From assembly GCA_030704615.1 (NCBI GenBank), contig CM060733.1:5890001-5954000 (forward strand): a stretch of 64,000 nucleotides of DNA, given 5' to 3'. The notes under the pieces were generated by a model. It saw nothing but the letters and a program-made list of their open reading frames with translations, had not been told where the DNA came from and did no database searches. A program made the position numbers and the translations under genes. Of the stretch, positions 39,301 to 51,740 are shown one piece after another (position 1 is the first letter of the stretch; every line of letters begins with the position of its first letter). This DNA is from Takakia lepidozioides. Its lineage: Eukaryota; Plantae; Bryophyta.

Positions 39301-42300
39301 AATATGGATATCCAGAGTGTCCAAGTTAACTAGAAGTAGGTAATTACTGACTCCTAAGGTTATATTTTTCTTTTGTAATCCACCTCTTCTTAATTCAGTT
39401 CCAGTGGTTTTCAAAACAAAAAATACAAAATAGTAATAAATTTAATCTTTATTTTATCCAGCAATGTTATTATGAGATTTAAGTGAAGATAGATTTATGT
39501 AATAATTTTGTAACAACAAAACAATTTTAAGTATTCATGACTTCTTTTCATATGCAACTACAATTCAAAATCAGAAGTACTACGATTTATGGCTCTCAAT
39601 TAGTCATGTTTGGACAAATGTGCCTCACCGGTCGAGATTACTTATTTAGTATTAAACAAGGGCATGTTGGACAGACCATAAACTTGTATACATTGCTTTT
39701 AAATTACCTAATTATATTATTTGACATTAACATATCTCATCAACTAAGAGGAGCCATTACGCGACGAGCTGCTTGTTTTTTAGACGCAATAACTTCCAGT
39801 GTAAGCTTCTCTTTGAGCGCGCACACTTTCCGTTCAGAATTTTTTTATTGAGAATAAGGGATGTCAGCAAAGTGATCGATGTAAAATGCATGATGCGTAG
39901 CAGGGGGGTGCTATGTTTAGGTGGTATTTTTCCAACATCATCCACGAAAAAGTAGATTGTGGATGAAAACGGCCTCGACCCAATTGGGGTCCCGTTGACA
40001 TTTAGGGGTTAAGAAGTAGACTGCATGTTTGGAGGCTATCAAACAATGTTGGACCTCCACAACTCCTAGTTCAACTGCCCCACCTTGAGGTTTCTTATGC
40101 ATTAGAGGCAGGTCATCGTCTTTTTCAATCCTTAGCAAGGGAATTAGCAGAAATTTCCTCCTAATAAGCATAAGAAGGCTCTTCTCACATTCCCCATCAC
40201 TTAACTCTTCTGGTCATTATAATAGTGACATACTCAATGGACAATCATGTCTTTCGGTTTGTCAAAAGAGGCTAACGTTAATGAATGTTTGCCCTAAAAC
40301 TCTTTCTTCCGTGCAAGAGACGAAAGATATGTTAGGCTTCTATAGAAGAACCAATTATTTGTTGCAAGTGAAAAGCCGGTGTTGGTCTCCAAAAGGGGAA
40401 AAAATATTTATATTTTTTCTAATCAACATTAAACAATGGTTTCACTCTCAAGTGATATTATCTCTATGGGATTTCTCTGATTCCCCACAATCTCATCCAA
40501 GAGTATTTTTTTCCATTGATTTGACCACTTCGAAAAGATTTTGATTCTATCTCACAAATAGCAAGATGGAATTTTGACTAGGAATTTTGTCACGGATGCC
40601 CAAGCTAACTTTGGGAGCTTAAAACAGCCTTTTTTGGGCTAAAAAATCGAAAGCCCCCAGAACTGATGGTATTCCGGTTGAATTTCATAAGTCACCATCT
40701 TGGATAATTCTTTATAACCAATTATATTCTTACTAAAAATATCACAATGTTGTCTCAAATGTCTCAAGTTGTTGCTCATTTCTGCAAAAAAAAATGATCG
40801 TGTTGAATTGTTTAATTATCGACATGTCACGCGCCTCACTTTGATAAGCTCCCCTTAAGTCATAGTTGCTCGCTTTGATGTGCACGCCTCATTTCCAAAC
40901 TTACCACTGGACCGACTTGGAGCTTTGGCTACATAATAGCTGTAGGGAGAGGGGGCTGTAGTACCAGTAGTTAGTGGCGTAGAAACTAGGGAACAAGGAG
41001 GGCAGACTGCAGATTGAAGATGAGCAAGAGGGTCATCTATATGAGAGGGCAGTATGGGTTTATGGGTGTCAAAGAAGACCTTAATGTACTGGGTAACATA
41101 GCAGCTCTGAGGCATGCATGTAGTACAGACAGTAGGGTGTGTTAAGCTGGTGTAAGGCAAGAGGTAGGGAGTGTGGAGGGGGGAAATTACCATGAATTTG
41201 GTGTGTGTGTTGATGCAGGTGCTAGTGTAGGGCAGATCTGGTGGTGTTAACAGTGGTGGGACAGCATACAGTCTCACATCATCTAGCGTAGTCTGGGCGG
41301 TCCGTTGGAAGGGGGCTGGGCAAAACTTGGTCAGCTGCAGGTCACCCCCAGCAGGTTGATGCATGTATGAAGGACTTTCTAGAGGAATGAGAAAGCTGCA
41401 ACAATCTCCTGAACCAATTTTGTATACCAACATAAGTCCCACAACTGGACTGAACCCCTCACGAAGGTAGGTCTATCGCCTCTTCTTTTGCCCAAGAATG
41501 GATGCGGAGGCCGAGCCTTAAGCCCTGGCCATGTTGGGGTCTGATTGTTGGGCGGGTCACACTCAGCAGATTCATGCATGTGTGAAGGACTTTCTAGAGG
41601 AATGAAGGAAAGCCTGAACCAAGAGTCTTCAACTCATACCAACTCTGAGAGAAGTAATTGTTACAACTGAAGCCGACTTTCATGTACAAACCCCGAAATA
41701 GGGAGGCACAAAGCGAGAGTCTGGTGCAATGAATTCTGCCAGTACCGGGTCTTCAATAAAAACAGGAGAGTCTTACAATCACTAACCATTCAGTCCTGCA
41801 TAGCTGCGGACCTCATCCTCCAAAAACCCCTTAGAGGGGGTCTACGACTATTATGCCCCTCTTACTTTCTGGGATGAGTTCCAGAAACTCTTATATCCAT
41901 CCCTCTCCCATATCTACATGGTACCCCCAATCCACAACACCCTCCCCTTCATAGCGGCTGGTTGTGTGGTGCCAGGTCTTCAACACAAGCCTATCCACGA
42001 AACCTAACAACACATGGCACAAAACCACAACTCTTTGCTCCTCTTCATCCATTGTATAGAAACACTTCAGGTCGCCCATGTGGACTGTCATTGTCCTGAT
42101 TCCTCCTTGGATTTTGTAAACCCACACTTTGTCCTGCCCCTCTTCCGTTTGCACCTTTTCAAGAGGGCGCAAGATGACCTCATGGGGAATATGGGCTGGC
42201 AATTCTTCAAATCTTGCATAAATCTTGCGAAGCTTGAAAGCTACGCCTGCCCCAAATCCCATTGCAACCCTCAACTTGATAGAGTAGTCTCCTCGGAATA

Positions 42301-44637
42301 TGTAAGTACTATAGTGTGTGGAGAAGATGACTCCAAAGAGCTATGACTTTCTTAGAAGAACACCAGGAAAACAACGTATATAGGAGACGACTTGGGTAAC
42401 CCTAAGATAACAACAGAACTTCCTGATACTCCCTCTTGAAAGAGATGATGTGAAGAAAAACAACGATGAAACACAGAATGACCTTGTGCTTATATTCAAT
42501 TTTTCAACCTGCTCTTCCACAAGGTCTCGGTGGGATAAACGTGAACTCCCCATCAGCAGAAAAAACACCTATGTATATCCCATCGAGGGTTGCATTGTAT
42601 AACGGCTACACCATTACACATGGCATTTGCATCCGTTTGTCATCCATCCGTTCTGTGTAGTCATCCCCCTGTCGGATTTATCAACTTCACTTCTTCTCCT
42701 CTTATTCAATTGAGGTTAAGTAAAGTCTTTGTCACTGGAGAATGAACCTAGCTTTGTAAAATGTTGTTATGTACACATACACAATGAATACATCGTTCCT
42801 CTTGTGCTCAACATTCTAGAAGCGCTAATGTGAATGCTCGTCACAGTTTGAAGAAAACAACCAACTTGAAGATGCACGTAGGTTTTTCAGACTCCAGCTT
42901 GTCGTGCTCTTGTGCAATTCATGTGTAACAACATGTCAGATTTGCAGCATGACGCTACCATTCCAACACGATATCAGTAACCCATACCCAACATTGTACA
43001 TGGCCCAATATGAATGCAAGTGGCAGTATGAACAGGAACCCTAAAAGACCAGATGCATTGAGGTTTTGTGAGCATAACCTGTTGTAGTGTTACTCAATTC
43101 ACATCTGTAGTCTCTTATTTTGCATGTGAGAGGGAGTGGCGAAGACTTCGACAATCTTAGTCTGCATGGGGTTGGGTTGGCTTGTGTGTCACGGAATAGA
43201 ATGTCCATGCCAGGTTACAATTTATATATTTTACCAGCAACAGAACCTGGTGCGAAATTGAAGCATAACAAATCACCATTGAGAACATAACTGTGAGAAC
43301 CATGGTTCAGAAAATGGTACAGACCGTGGATATAATCGTGTGACACTGTGACCTCATGTTTGGAGGCATAAGTCTGGAGGCATAAGTCCTGAATTCTGTG
43401 AAAGAAAGACTCCAATGAAGGTAGATACGGGAACAACTGTTTTCTCGAATACCCCATTTGGATCACCGATGTGCATCCCATAGAACGATGAAGTCTGTAA
43501 CGTCTGCAAGGTTACACAAGAAGTTTCATCCATTCTTCTGTTAGTTGTCTTTTCATCCGCCAACCATCATCCGACACTATCATCCTCAACCCTCATGTTC
43601 TGCCGCTGTTCATCCCATCGACGGATGAAATATGTGTGCATGCACGGTTACACATGATTGTCCATCCATTCTTTTCTCAGTTGCCTTTTCATCCACAGAT
43701 CATCATCCGTCTGTCTCCTCCTCAAACCTCATGTTGTTTTGGCGCGTAAGAGGAAGGTGTGCTTGACTGTACCTGTGGAGGCTGTTTCAGTTGGACATTA
43801 TTTTGGCTAATGGCGTTGGTATGTCCACAGAACCGTCGCAGATCATTGTGTACTTTGCTCAATTGCAAGTTCATCTTCTTACGGTCCCTGTTGTGATGAT
43901 GCAGTGTCTGTTTACACGAGTATTGTGGAGAAAATGTGTCATATGGAGCTTGGTTGCTTCGCCTTCATGTGGAGCGGCAATCGACGAGGTTGATATTTGT
44001 TGCAAAACGGAATCCAGTTGCTGCCGCCGCTGAGAATCGGAATTGAGTGCATTTCATGAACTGAATGTCTGTGATGTTTGAGAAAGTGAGGTTGCATTTT
44101 CCTCCTCTTCTTTTCTTAAGGCTGCATAGGTTATAGCCTTCGCGCCATCCGATAATATTCCGACTCTTGCACTCGGAACAGCTGCTTATGTGACCATCTG
44201 CTTGAAAGCCCCAAAAAACAATGAAACATGGGAAGCGACATATGTTTAGTTTCTTCAGTTCTCAAAATCAGTAATGTATATCTTCATTGTTTTTGAAGGA
44301 GGCAGTATACAGTGGAGGTGAACCTCACTCGTTCGAGACCAGGGCTGGTTAAGCGTCCTCATGAAGATTTTGCTTTCGGAATGTTGATGAATGCTTTCCC
44401 AATCGGTCTGGGCCGAGGGTGGTAGTGTAAGCAGGGTTGGTGATTTCGCAGCTCTAGTCGTTGGTGACCTGGCAGACCGCATTTGAACTGGCATATGTTC
44501 AATCGCAGCTTAAGTCGCAACTGAAAAAGCACACTCGCACTTAAGTTTGGGCAAAGGCAGACACATTTGAGGGCGTTTGTTTTTGGTACCGGGGTTTCCA
44601 ACTTCCTTTGGGCTGCTTTTCATTACGAACTCAGGTC

Positions 44638-45336
44638 ATGGCATACTATTCAGGTACGAATGGCAGTCTTATTGAAGTTGCCATTGAAGATCCCCGCGAT
44701 ATCTCGGATCTGCTGCAACCGCGATTGGCAGGGACACGCACTGTCGTTGCAAACATTTTGTTTGGTTCCAGCATGGAGAAATCAGTGTGTCTGGAAGGAA
44801 TAGTGTTGTTGTACAAGCCGAATGCCCCAAAGTCATATGCTATGCAATATGTTACTATGGGGGTTCCTTTGTGTATTTGGGATGTGATTGCATGTGCTGC
44901 ACATGCAAAAGGATTTCATGTGGACACAACCACGAAGGCTCGGATTTCTGGGGAGTACTTGTGGTTGGAGGTGAACTTGTGGAGTCCTCAGAAGATCTTC
45001 AGCATTGTGGAGGCAAACGAGACCGGGTTCCTATCCAAGGTCCCCATTGTGGACCTGAAGAAGACCCTCGCTGGTATAAAAACTAACGTGATGGTGAAGG
45101 GTAGCTTTACAGTGTGACTAAAGAAGCAGTATAGGGTTAAGAGAGGAGAGCATAGTGTTAGTTGGTCGTTAGGGCTCACTCCCACTACTGCTTTTTTGAT
45201 TGACAAAACCGACTTCGATGAGACTTCTGCCATGGATGAGCTGGTGCAGGACTTAGGTGCTCTTAGAGTCAGTCCAGCCCTCTCAGCTTTGCTTGTAGGT
45301 GGGGCAGGATCGTCCATGCCAAAATCTGAGAAGTAA
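44638..45336 (+). pseudogene. Orphan ~232-codon ORF interrupted by one TGA (45115-45117), inside the candidate Helitron
   Basis: The frame continues past the stop (LKKQYRVKRGEHSVSWSLGLTPTTAFLIDKTDFDETSAMDELVQDL..) to TAA at 45334-45336. Confidence 0.5.
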
Positions 45337-46133
45337 TTGATAATGCTTCATAGAAGACACGGTCGGCGGCTTAAGGTGGGGATCCAATTGAGTGAATGTG
45401 TTTGCTCTTTCAAAAACTGAGGCTGGAGTTTGTGGGGCAGTTCATAAGTATTGCTGAACTAGAGGAATTGCTTGGTCGTTCAATACTGCCTTGTTTGCAC
45501 CAGAAGTGCATAAGGGGTTGCATACAAATGTGCATGTTCCATGCTGAAGATCTGAACAAATGCTGCTGAAGCAAGCATGGTGTGGTCTGATTGCATGTGT
45601 TTGTCCCCCAGCTTCAAGAGGGCTGTGGGTGAAGTGAAATTCAATTATGAAGGGTACCTGACAGTTGGTAAAGGCACCCTTCAATCCACAGTCATCCATA
45701 TGTTCACACAGAACTTGCAGAGATTTAATCAAATGCATATGAAACCAATAGGCATTTATGCATAATATTGTTTGCTTTCGTAATCTTCCTTACCTGGGGT
45801 GATACCTTCAAGATTACATTCAATTGGCCTAAAGCAATTAGCAGAAGGGAAGGGACGTTTCTTATGTGTCACTTACCCTTTTACATACAGGTCACATGGG
45901 AAGTATGTAAATTCAGAAGGAATGATTTTGCAGCTCCCATGATGCTGGCAAGGCAGGCTTGCATTTGTGCACCCTGAAATCAGAACACATAAGTGGATGA
46001 AGTAGAAGAAGTGTATATTCCTTGGGAGATAGGGATGGTTACAAATTGGGACCGAAGTATGAAAGGACATTTGAACAGTTATTTATTTTTTGGTTGACGG
46101 GCACCATTGTTGTAGAGAAGTGCACAGGCTTCG

Positions 46134-46571
46134 GTGAAGATGGGGGAGAGCAGGTATACGAGGAGGGGAAACATCAGCATATTCAATCCTTTCATGTGTT
46201 TGAATGAAAGACAACGGCAAAGAGAGATGGGGGATGGAGAGGCCCATGTGTTCAAACATTGTGCCATAGACATGGAAATGTATGGACCACAATGTCCCGA
46301 ATTTCGTATGTTGGTGCAATCACGGTTGGTGCGCATTATAGACAACCATGATGCCGCTGTGGAGTTTATTTCCGAGCCTAATATCAGGTGCCCTCTGTGT
46401 ATGTATCACTATGGAAATCCGAATGGCACGCATAGAGAACCCTACACTTCGTTGATTCACCATTGTGCAACACACTGGACCTCGTGGCGTGTAGAGCACA
46501 AGTGCTTGACACGAATTATATTCAATATCATTGCTGAGAGACCAATTGCCACACTGGCACCAGCACAATAA
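46134..46571 (+). CDS. Small C2H2-type zinc-finger ORF (element cargo)
   Basis: CPLCMYHYGNPNGTHREPYTSLIHHCATH in a 145-aa ORF. Confidence 0.4.
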   Translation: MKMGESRYTRRGNISIFNPFMCLNERQRQREMGDGEAHVFKHCAIDMEMYGPQCPEFRMLVQSRLVRIIDNHDAAVEFISEPNIRCPLCMYHYGNPNGTHREPYTSLIHHCATHWTSWRVEHKCLTRIIFNIIAERPIATLAPAQ

Positions 46572-47578
46572 CATTCATGTGATTGATTGCACTGGGGTGT
46601 GCATTGTGCCCATTTACGATTGTTGCATGGAATGGTATGTGCGGGGTGTTACCAATTTCCTTTACATGCAGTTCCTGGCTTGCTTGTATATGCAATGTAG
46701 GCATGTGTTGCATGCAGGGAGCTACATTGAAATACCCCAGTTACCAGTGCTTGTCAACATATACTTGTTGAAACAGTCCTAGTCTTCAGTATTGGGCATT
46801 ATGTCACTGCACAATACATGTAAGCAAGGAAACAGAACAGTAATGTGGCACTGTGAAGTGAGTGTGAGCAGATTGTGGGGCAACGGGGATCCCATTGGCT
46901 GCCATCATGTTGAACATCATGCCCTTGAATCGAAAACATTAGAGAGAAAAAAGAGACATCCTGAAATAGCATACCCCAATGTAGAGAAGGGCTGACTGGG
47001 GGTAGGAAAGAGGGACTGAAGCGAACTTGCAAAACAAAACAGAGAACGTGCACTGACGGTCGGAAATGTGCTACCTGTAAGAAGAATAAGACACATTTGT
47101 GGGAAGCAAATGACCACAAAAATCAACGCAGAAAGGTAGACAATTAATAAATAATACTTTATGTAGCCAATTGTATCCAATGTCACAACGCTTTGCCGGC
47201 TCGTTTACACCGTCTGCGTGTGAGGGGAGCTGGAGTGGTGGGCACAGGGAGGACAGGGCTGCTGCAATCTCCAACTTTGCGTGGGGGTTTGGGCACTGCA
47301 TATGGAGGCTCGTGCGATGGGTGACCGTCAAGCTCGTGCAAAATCATGTCTTGAAGTTCATATCTTTTCTCGCGCACTGCCTCAGTAGGGAACCAGTCTG
47401 ATGTGAGCTGCAAAGAAAGAAGAACAAAGAATGCAAAAGCAAACAATGAACAAGCAATGATCATTGTTAGAAATTCATACAATTTTCTAAGGATATTCAT
47501 GTTCATTCTACCTGATACATGGATTCAGCACATTGCGTGAGCACATGAACGTCCACAACTAAAACAGGCAGCAAATGA

Positions 47579-48360
47579 TCATGTAAACCACGAGCAACTG
47601 CCTCTTACCGGGCCTGCACCACCATGTTGTGGATTCAAGTACATTTGCACTAAGTACAGCTCAATGTAATGAGCTACAAACAGACCACACTGCCATGTGT
47701 TGGCCTGCTGTGGAACAGGCGGGCAGAACCACCGCTTGAGGTCAGTTGCATCCTTCCACTGGGGGCTTCCTGGGCTGATTCCTCTGACCATGGCCCAGAA
47801 AGTAGCAAACAATGGCTTGAAAGCACGGTACTTGTGCAAACTTCTTATGCTATTCAAGTGAAAGGTAGCGAGACGGTTCCAAGATAACCAGACTCCAATG
47901 GTCACTGCACAGGGGGGCAACAATAGCAGGTTAGTCCACATGTAGCAATGGAGCACGGCCTTCTTCAAAGGTATGGCAACAAGAAGGTATAAATGCATAC
48001 ACATTGTACTCACTTGCATAAAATTGGCACAATAAGGGCTTCAACACCCTCATTCCTGAAGAAGGGGAACCGTCTTTGCATCCAAATCCGCACATAGTCG
48101 ACTTGATTTGCCTGCTTTGCACAATGATCGCGAAGGCATATCCATGTGAAGCTATCTACAACACGGATTTTATTGCACACATGTTCAGGAAGAGAAAGTA
48201 TTTTAATTGACACCCAGAAGTCCATCAGACGGTCACTAATCCACCCCCTTGCAGAGAGCAAGTCATCTGCATCTTCTAGTCTAAGAGGAACTTGCGAAAC
48301 CCGAGAGCCCTTCAAAAACCATATGTCATGTGTTTTTGCCACCACTGCACCATTGGCCTG
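47579..48360 (-). pseudogene. Ulp1-like SUMO protease (peptidase C48) domain, spliced and frameshifted
   Basis: LSARGWISDRLMDFW..VVDSFTW..LIVPILC | N-DHWSLVIL (intron ~47904-48013) ..FHLNS..VPQQANTWQCGLFVAHYIE. His, oxyanion Gln and Cys are present; frameshift near 47875. Confidence 0.8.
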
Positions 48361-50603
48361 CCTACAAAAAAGGCACATACCTCATTGCTATGAGAATCCG
48401 CCCACATAATTATGCACATGCGGGCCACTTGCAAATTGTGGATGGAAGGTATACCATATCATGCATGAAAAAGGGTGCACAGGCGTCGCAACTCACAATA
48501 TGTTTTCGAGGCCTTCATGTATCCTGCACATCCAAGAGCCCAATATGTCAATGCATGTGCAACGTCGTACATACACCATTTCCAATCTGGAGAGGAGAGA
48601 CCGTTAACATTAAAAAAAACCACAATGGCACTGGATACCTGGACATGGTTTTGTTGCACTGCAATGCAAGTGCTGGTTGGGGCAACGCATCCTTTGCCTT
48701 CGCAGCAACCATGATATGGATGGGCTTGGGTTTGGCAAAGGTGGCAGTGGTTGCATTTTTATTCAATGCCCGAACGCTGCCATGTACATCACCATGAAAT
48801 CATGTAGTAGCCTCTGTATTGTGAGGTGTATCAGCACCATCAAACAAGATTTGGTAAGGTCGCATGGGTGAAGGCAGTGCGAAAACCATCGCATTGGGGG
48901 TGGGAGGCTCTGTCCCATGTTTAAGCATCGAGGTAGCTGGGGTAACAGAAGATCCAACAGTGCTTACTGCATGTACAATAGCACCCTCATCAGTGGGACA
49001 TCGCATATTAAGGGGTGGTGGACTTTGGAACTCAGTTATGTCACAGAGGGTTTGTTCTGAAGTGAAAGAGGCCACAGGGGGAGGCGGTCAACACAATCCA
49101 GGAAATACCTGAGTGGCGCTTAGTTCCATTTCAAGTTGAGTCATGGGACCTGGTTGTGGGCATTGTATGTCGCCACAAGTTTCTTCAGCAGGCAGGATCG
49201 TTTGGGCCTGAGGGAGGATAGGATCCGACAGCACATGTTCTACCACAGCATTGTTGGCCTCATCAGAAGGTGTGGAATTGCATGCCATGTTAGCGGCCAA
49301 AATGAGTGCCCCCATGTTCGTATTTGTACTCAGGTGAATGAGTGCGCTTGACTGCGGTTCAAGGACAGCCGCCTCCTTATGTCCACACTTGGCAATGCAG
49401 AAACGTGCCTCATCCCTTGCGAGCCTCTCAATGTGGACCTCATGGAGGATTTGTCGGGCAGCCTCAAGTTTGTCATGTAGGCTGGATTCCCCGTAGTCAA
49501 GATAGCCTGCACACCAACATCGGCATTGTGAAAATGTGGCCGTGACAAGAAATGAAATGAGAACAACACCAGGGACATTGTTAAGAACCATCAGGAACTG
49601 AAATGCAGTAGCACGAACCGTGGTAAGGGCAATACACACCTGGTGGACAAGGAAGCCAGCCCATGTCGACATCCTCCCGATGCTTCAAAATTTTGTTGAA
49701 GTCCTTCAAGGCTTTTTTCTTGCCCCCTGCACCATCAGTTAGTATACTCCCACACCACAATATTCTAAAGGCAATAGGATTCAGAACGGCGAGGTCACGC
49801 ACAGCCCTGCATCGGACCTCGCGCATGAAACAATGCAGATCTTCAAAAAGGCGTTCGCAGTCCTCTTTCCACACTCCCCGAAGGGCTGCAAGCCCTTTCA
49901 CGCACCTGGGTTCGGGCTTCCTCGTATGGGGGCATGCCTCCGCACAGGAAATTACCCAATTTGTAGGAAAGTCTCACCCGCATTTGTAATGGCACACTGG
50001 CCATCTTCTGTGTTGAGAAGATGATTTCGGAGAGTTAACAAGATGGAGTTTCGGGGAATTGACATAGGTTTCATGTTGTGAACGTGAGATATCCAAACCA
50101 GACGGAACACCCTGCTGAAAAGCGGAATGTTTGGAGGTGGAATGTGGTGGCGAGCAGCCTCAAGAATGACCATCAACCTATCAGATTCATCCTCAGAATG
50201 TGTGAACATATCGGGGGGCAACTCAGGGATCTCACCTGCTGCAACAATTTGGTACAGAGGGGACCAACCCCAGATTCCCTCCTGTTTCTCATCATATTGT
50301 TCTCTATCCCATTTTGCCATGTTGTCGTCAACAAACTGCCTTCTACGAGCCTCCAACTCAGACTGGGCTGCAATTCCTTTCAATTCGAAATCCAGCAATG
50401 CCATGGCATACTTGTGATGTGCCATCACTAGTTGGCATTCCACCAACTGAGCGGGATGGTCACGAGTTACTCTAGGACGTATGGCAAATAGCTCCACCAC
50501 ATTTTCCATAGCTGTCTTCTCCTCTAGAGGTGCATCAAACTGCTCCCCCGCCATTGCAGAGTCATGGAGCTGGACAATAATAGAGGAAGAGTAACCAAAA
50601 ACC

Positions 50604-51740
50604 CTAAACTTGAAAGGCAACTTCAAACAAAATGCAAAGACACGCATCATCAAAGAAGGAGTTGTGACCATGAAGGTGCAGGCCAAGAAAAAGGTGTGTT
50701 ACCCGTCGTTTAAGCCACCATTGACCAAAAGCGTTGCCCATCATTTGGTCCCCGAACTCAAATTTCCCAATAAGAGCCACAAGACGATTGAGAAAAGAAG
50801 GCTCGTCCACAGATGGAAATCCGTCGGGCAACAAGTCGAACTTCATCAGATAGGTCAGTCCTGGGCATGAAACAGGTGTGGGTATGGGAGACACAACAAT
50901 ATCCGAGGTCAGTAGCAACGACGCCTTGACAAAGCCTTCCCTTGCCTCTTCTCTACTTAGCGGTGCAAGGGTTGTGGACTTAAGAATGTGCACTGGAGGT
51001 CTGTCATCTTGTCTATCTGAAGATGCAACTCCAACGTGCACTTCGGGTCGAAGACTTTGCTGCGGCACGGCAGGAGGTCGTACAAACGTAGAGTTTACAA
51101 TGCGCTCAGATGGAAGACTTTCCTGTGATGGCAGAGGTGCGTCCAATGAGTCCTTTTGAATGCGTTGAGGTCTAATAGTCTGCTGTGGCAGCGCAGGTGG
51201 TGCGTCCAACAACTGGAAATCGTCATTGTCATCGTCATCATCATCGTCAAGGTCCACTCCCGGCTCCTTCCGAAGACTCATGTGCTTCCTGTGCTTAGGT
51301 TCTCGTGTAGTCTCTTCTGTCGTCGTCTCCTCGCGTTCTACCCTCGTCTTCATCAACTTGCAGGAAGGAGGCTTCATCCCGTGCTTACTAAGAACAGCCT
51401 CCATGATGTGCCTATGCCCCTTTTCAAAAACAGGGTACATTTTCAGTTTAGGCCCACCCTTTCCCACAGCAGCATCACAACCATTTATCCTGTGAATGTT
51501 AAGTTTCTTATCTTTATATTGCTTAAGACAATGGATACACTTGAATGGCTTCCTATTATCATCACTGGGCTGCTCAACCCTTGCCTCTGAGTGAGCCTCG
51601 CATATGAGATTTTCCCACTCATCAGAGTCGTACGTTTCATTGTATGTCCGACGCGCTTCGCGCATGGAGGATTGTTTCACCATATCGGCGCCTACTCCAA
51701 ATCCACTACCCTCCTCCTGAAGAATCCTCCAGCCGAGCAA
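50604..51740 (-). CDS. Element-borne ORF with an N-terminal C2HC zinc finger and acidic/proline-rich linker; possibly the first exon of the Ulp1 gene
   Basis: 378-aa ORF with FKCIHCLKQYKDKKLNIHRINGC and a poly-D tract, followed on the same strand by ORFs 49952-50686, 49581-49901 and 49088-49672 leading towards the Ulp1 domain. Confidence 0.45.
   Translation of the reverse strand: MLGWRILQEEGSGFGVGADMVKQSSMREARRTYNETYDSDEWENLICEAHSEARVEQPSDDNRKPFKCIHCLKQYKDKKLNIHRINGCDAAVGKGGPKLKMYPVFEKGHRHIMEAVLSKHGMKPPSCKLMKTRVEREETTTEETTREPKHRKHMSLRKEPGVDLDDDDDDDNDDFQLLDAPPALPQQTIRPQRIQKDSLDAPLPSQESLPSERIVNSTFVRPPAVPQQSLRPEVHVGVASSDRQDDRPPVHILKSTTLAPLSREEAREGFVKASLLLTSDIVVSPIPTPVSCPGLTYLMKFDLLPDGFPSVDEPSFLNRLVALIGKFEFGDQMMGNAFGQWWLKRRVTHLFLGLHLHGHNSFFDDACLCILFEVAFQV

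Noticed and set aside
39750-40200. Possible TE coding remnant
   Set aside because: No recognisable motif and several stops.
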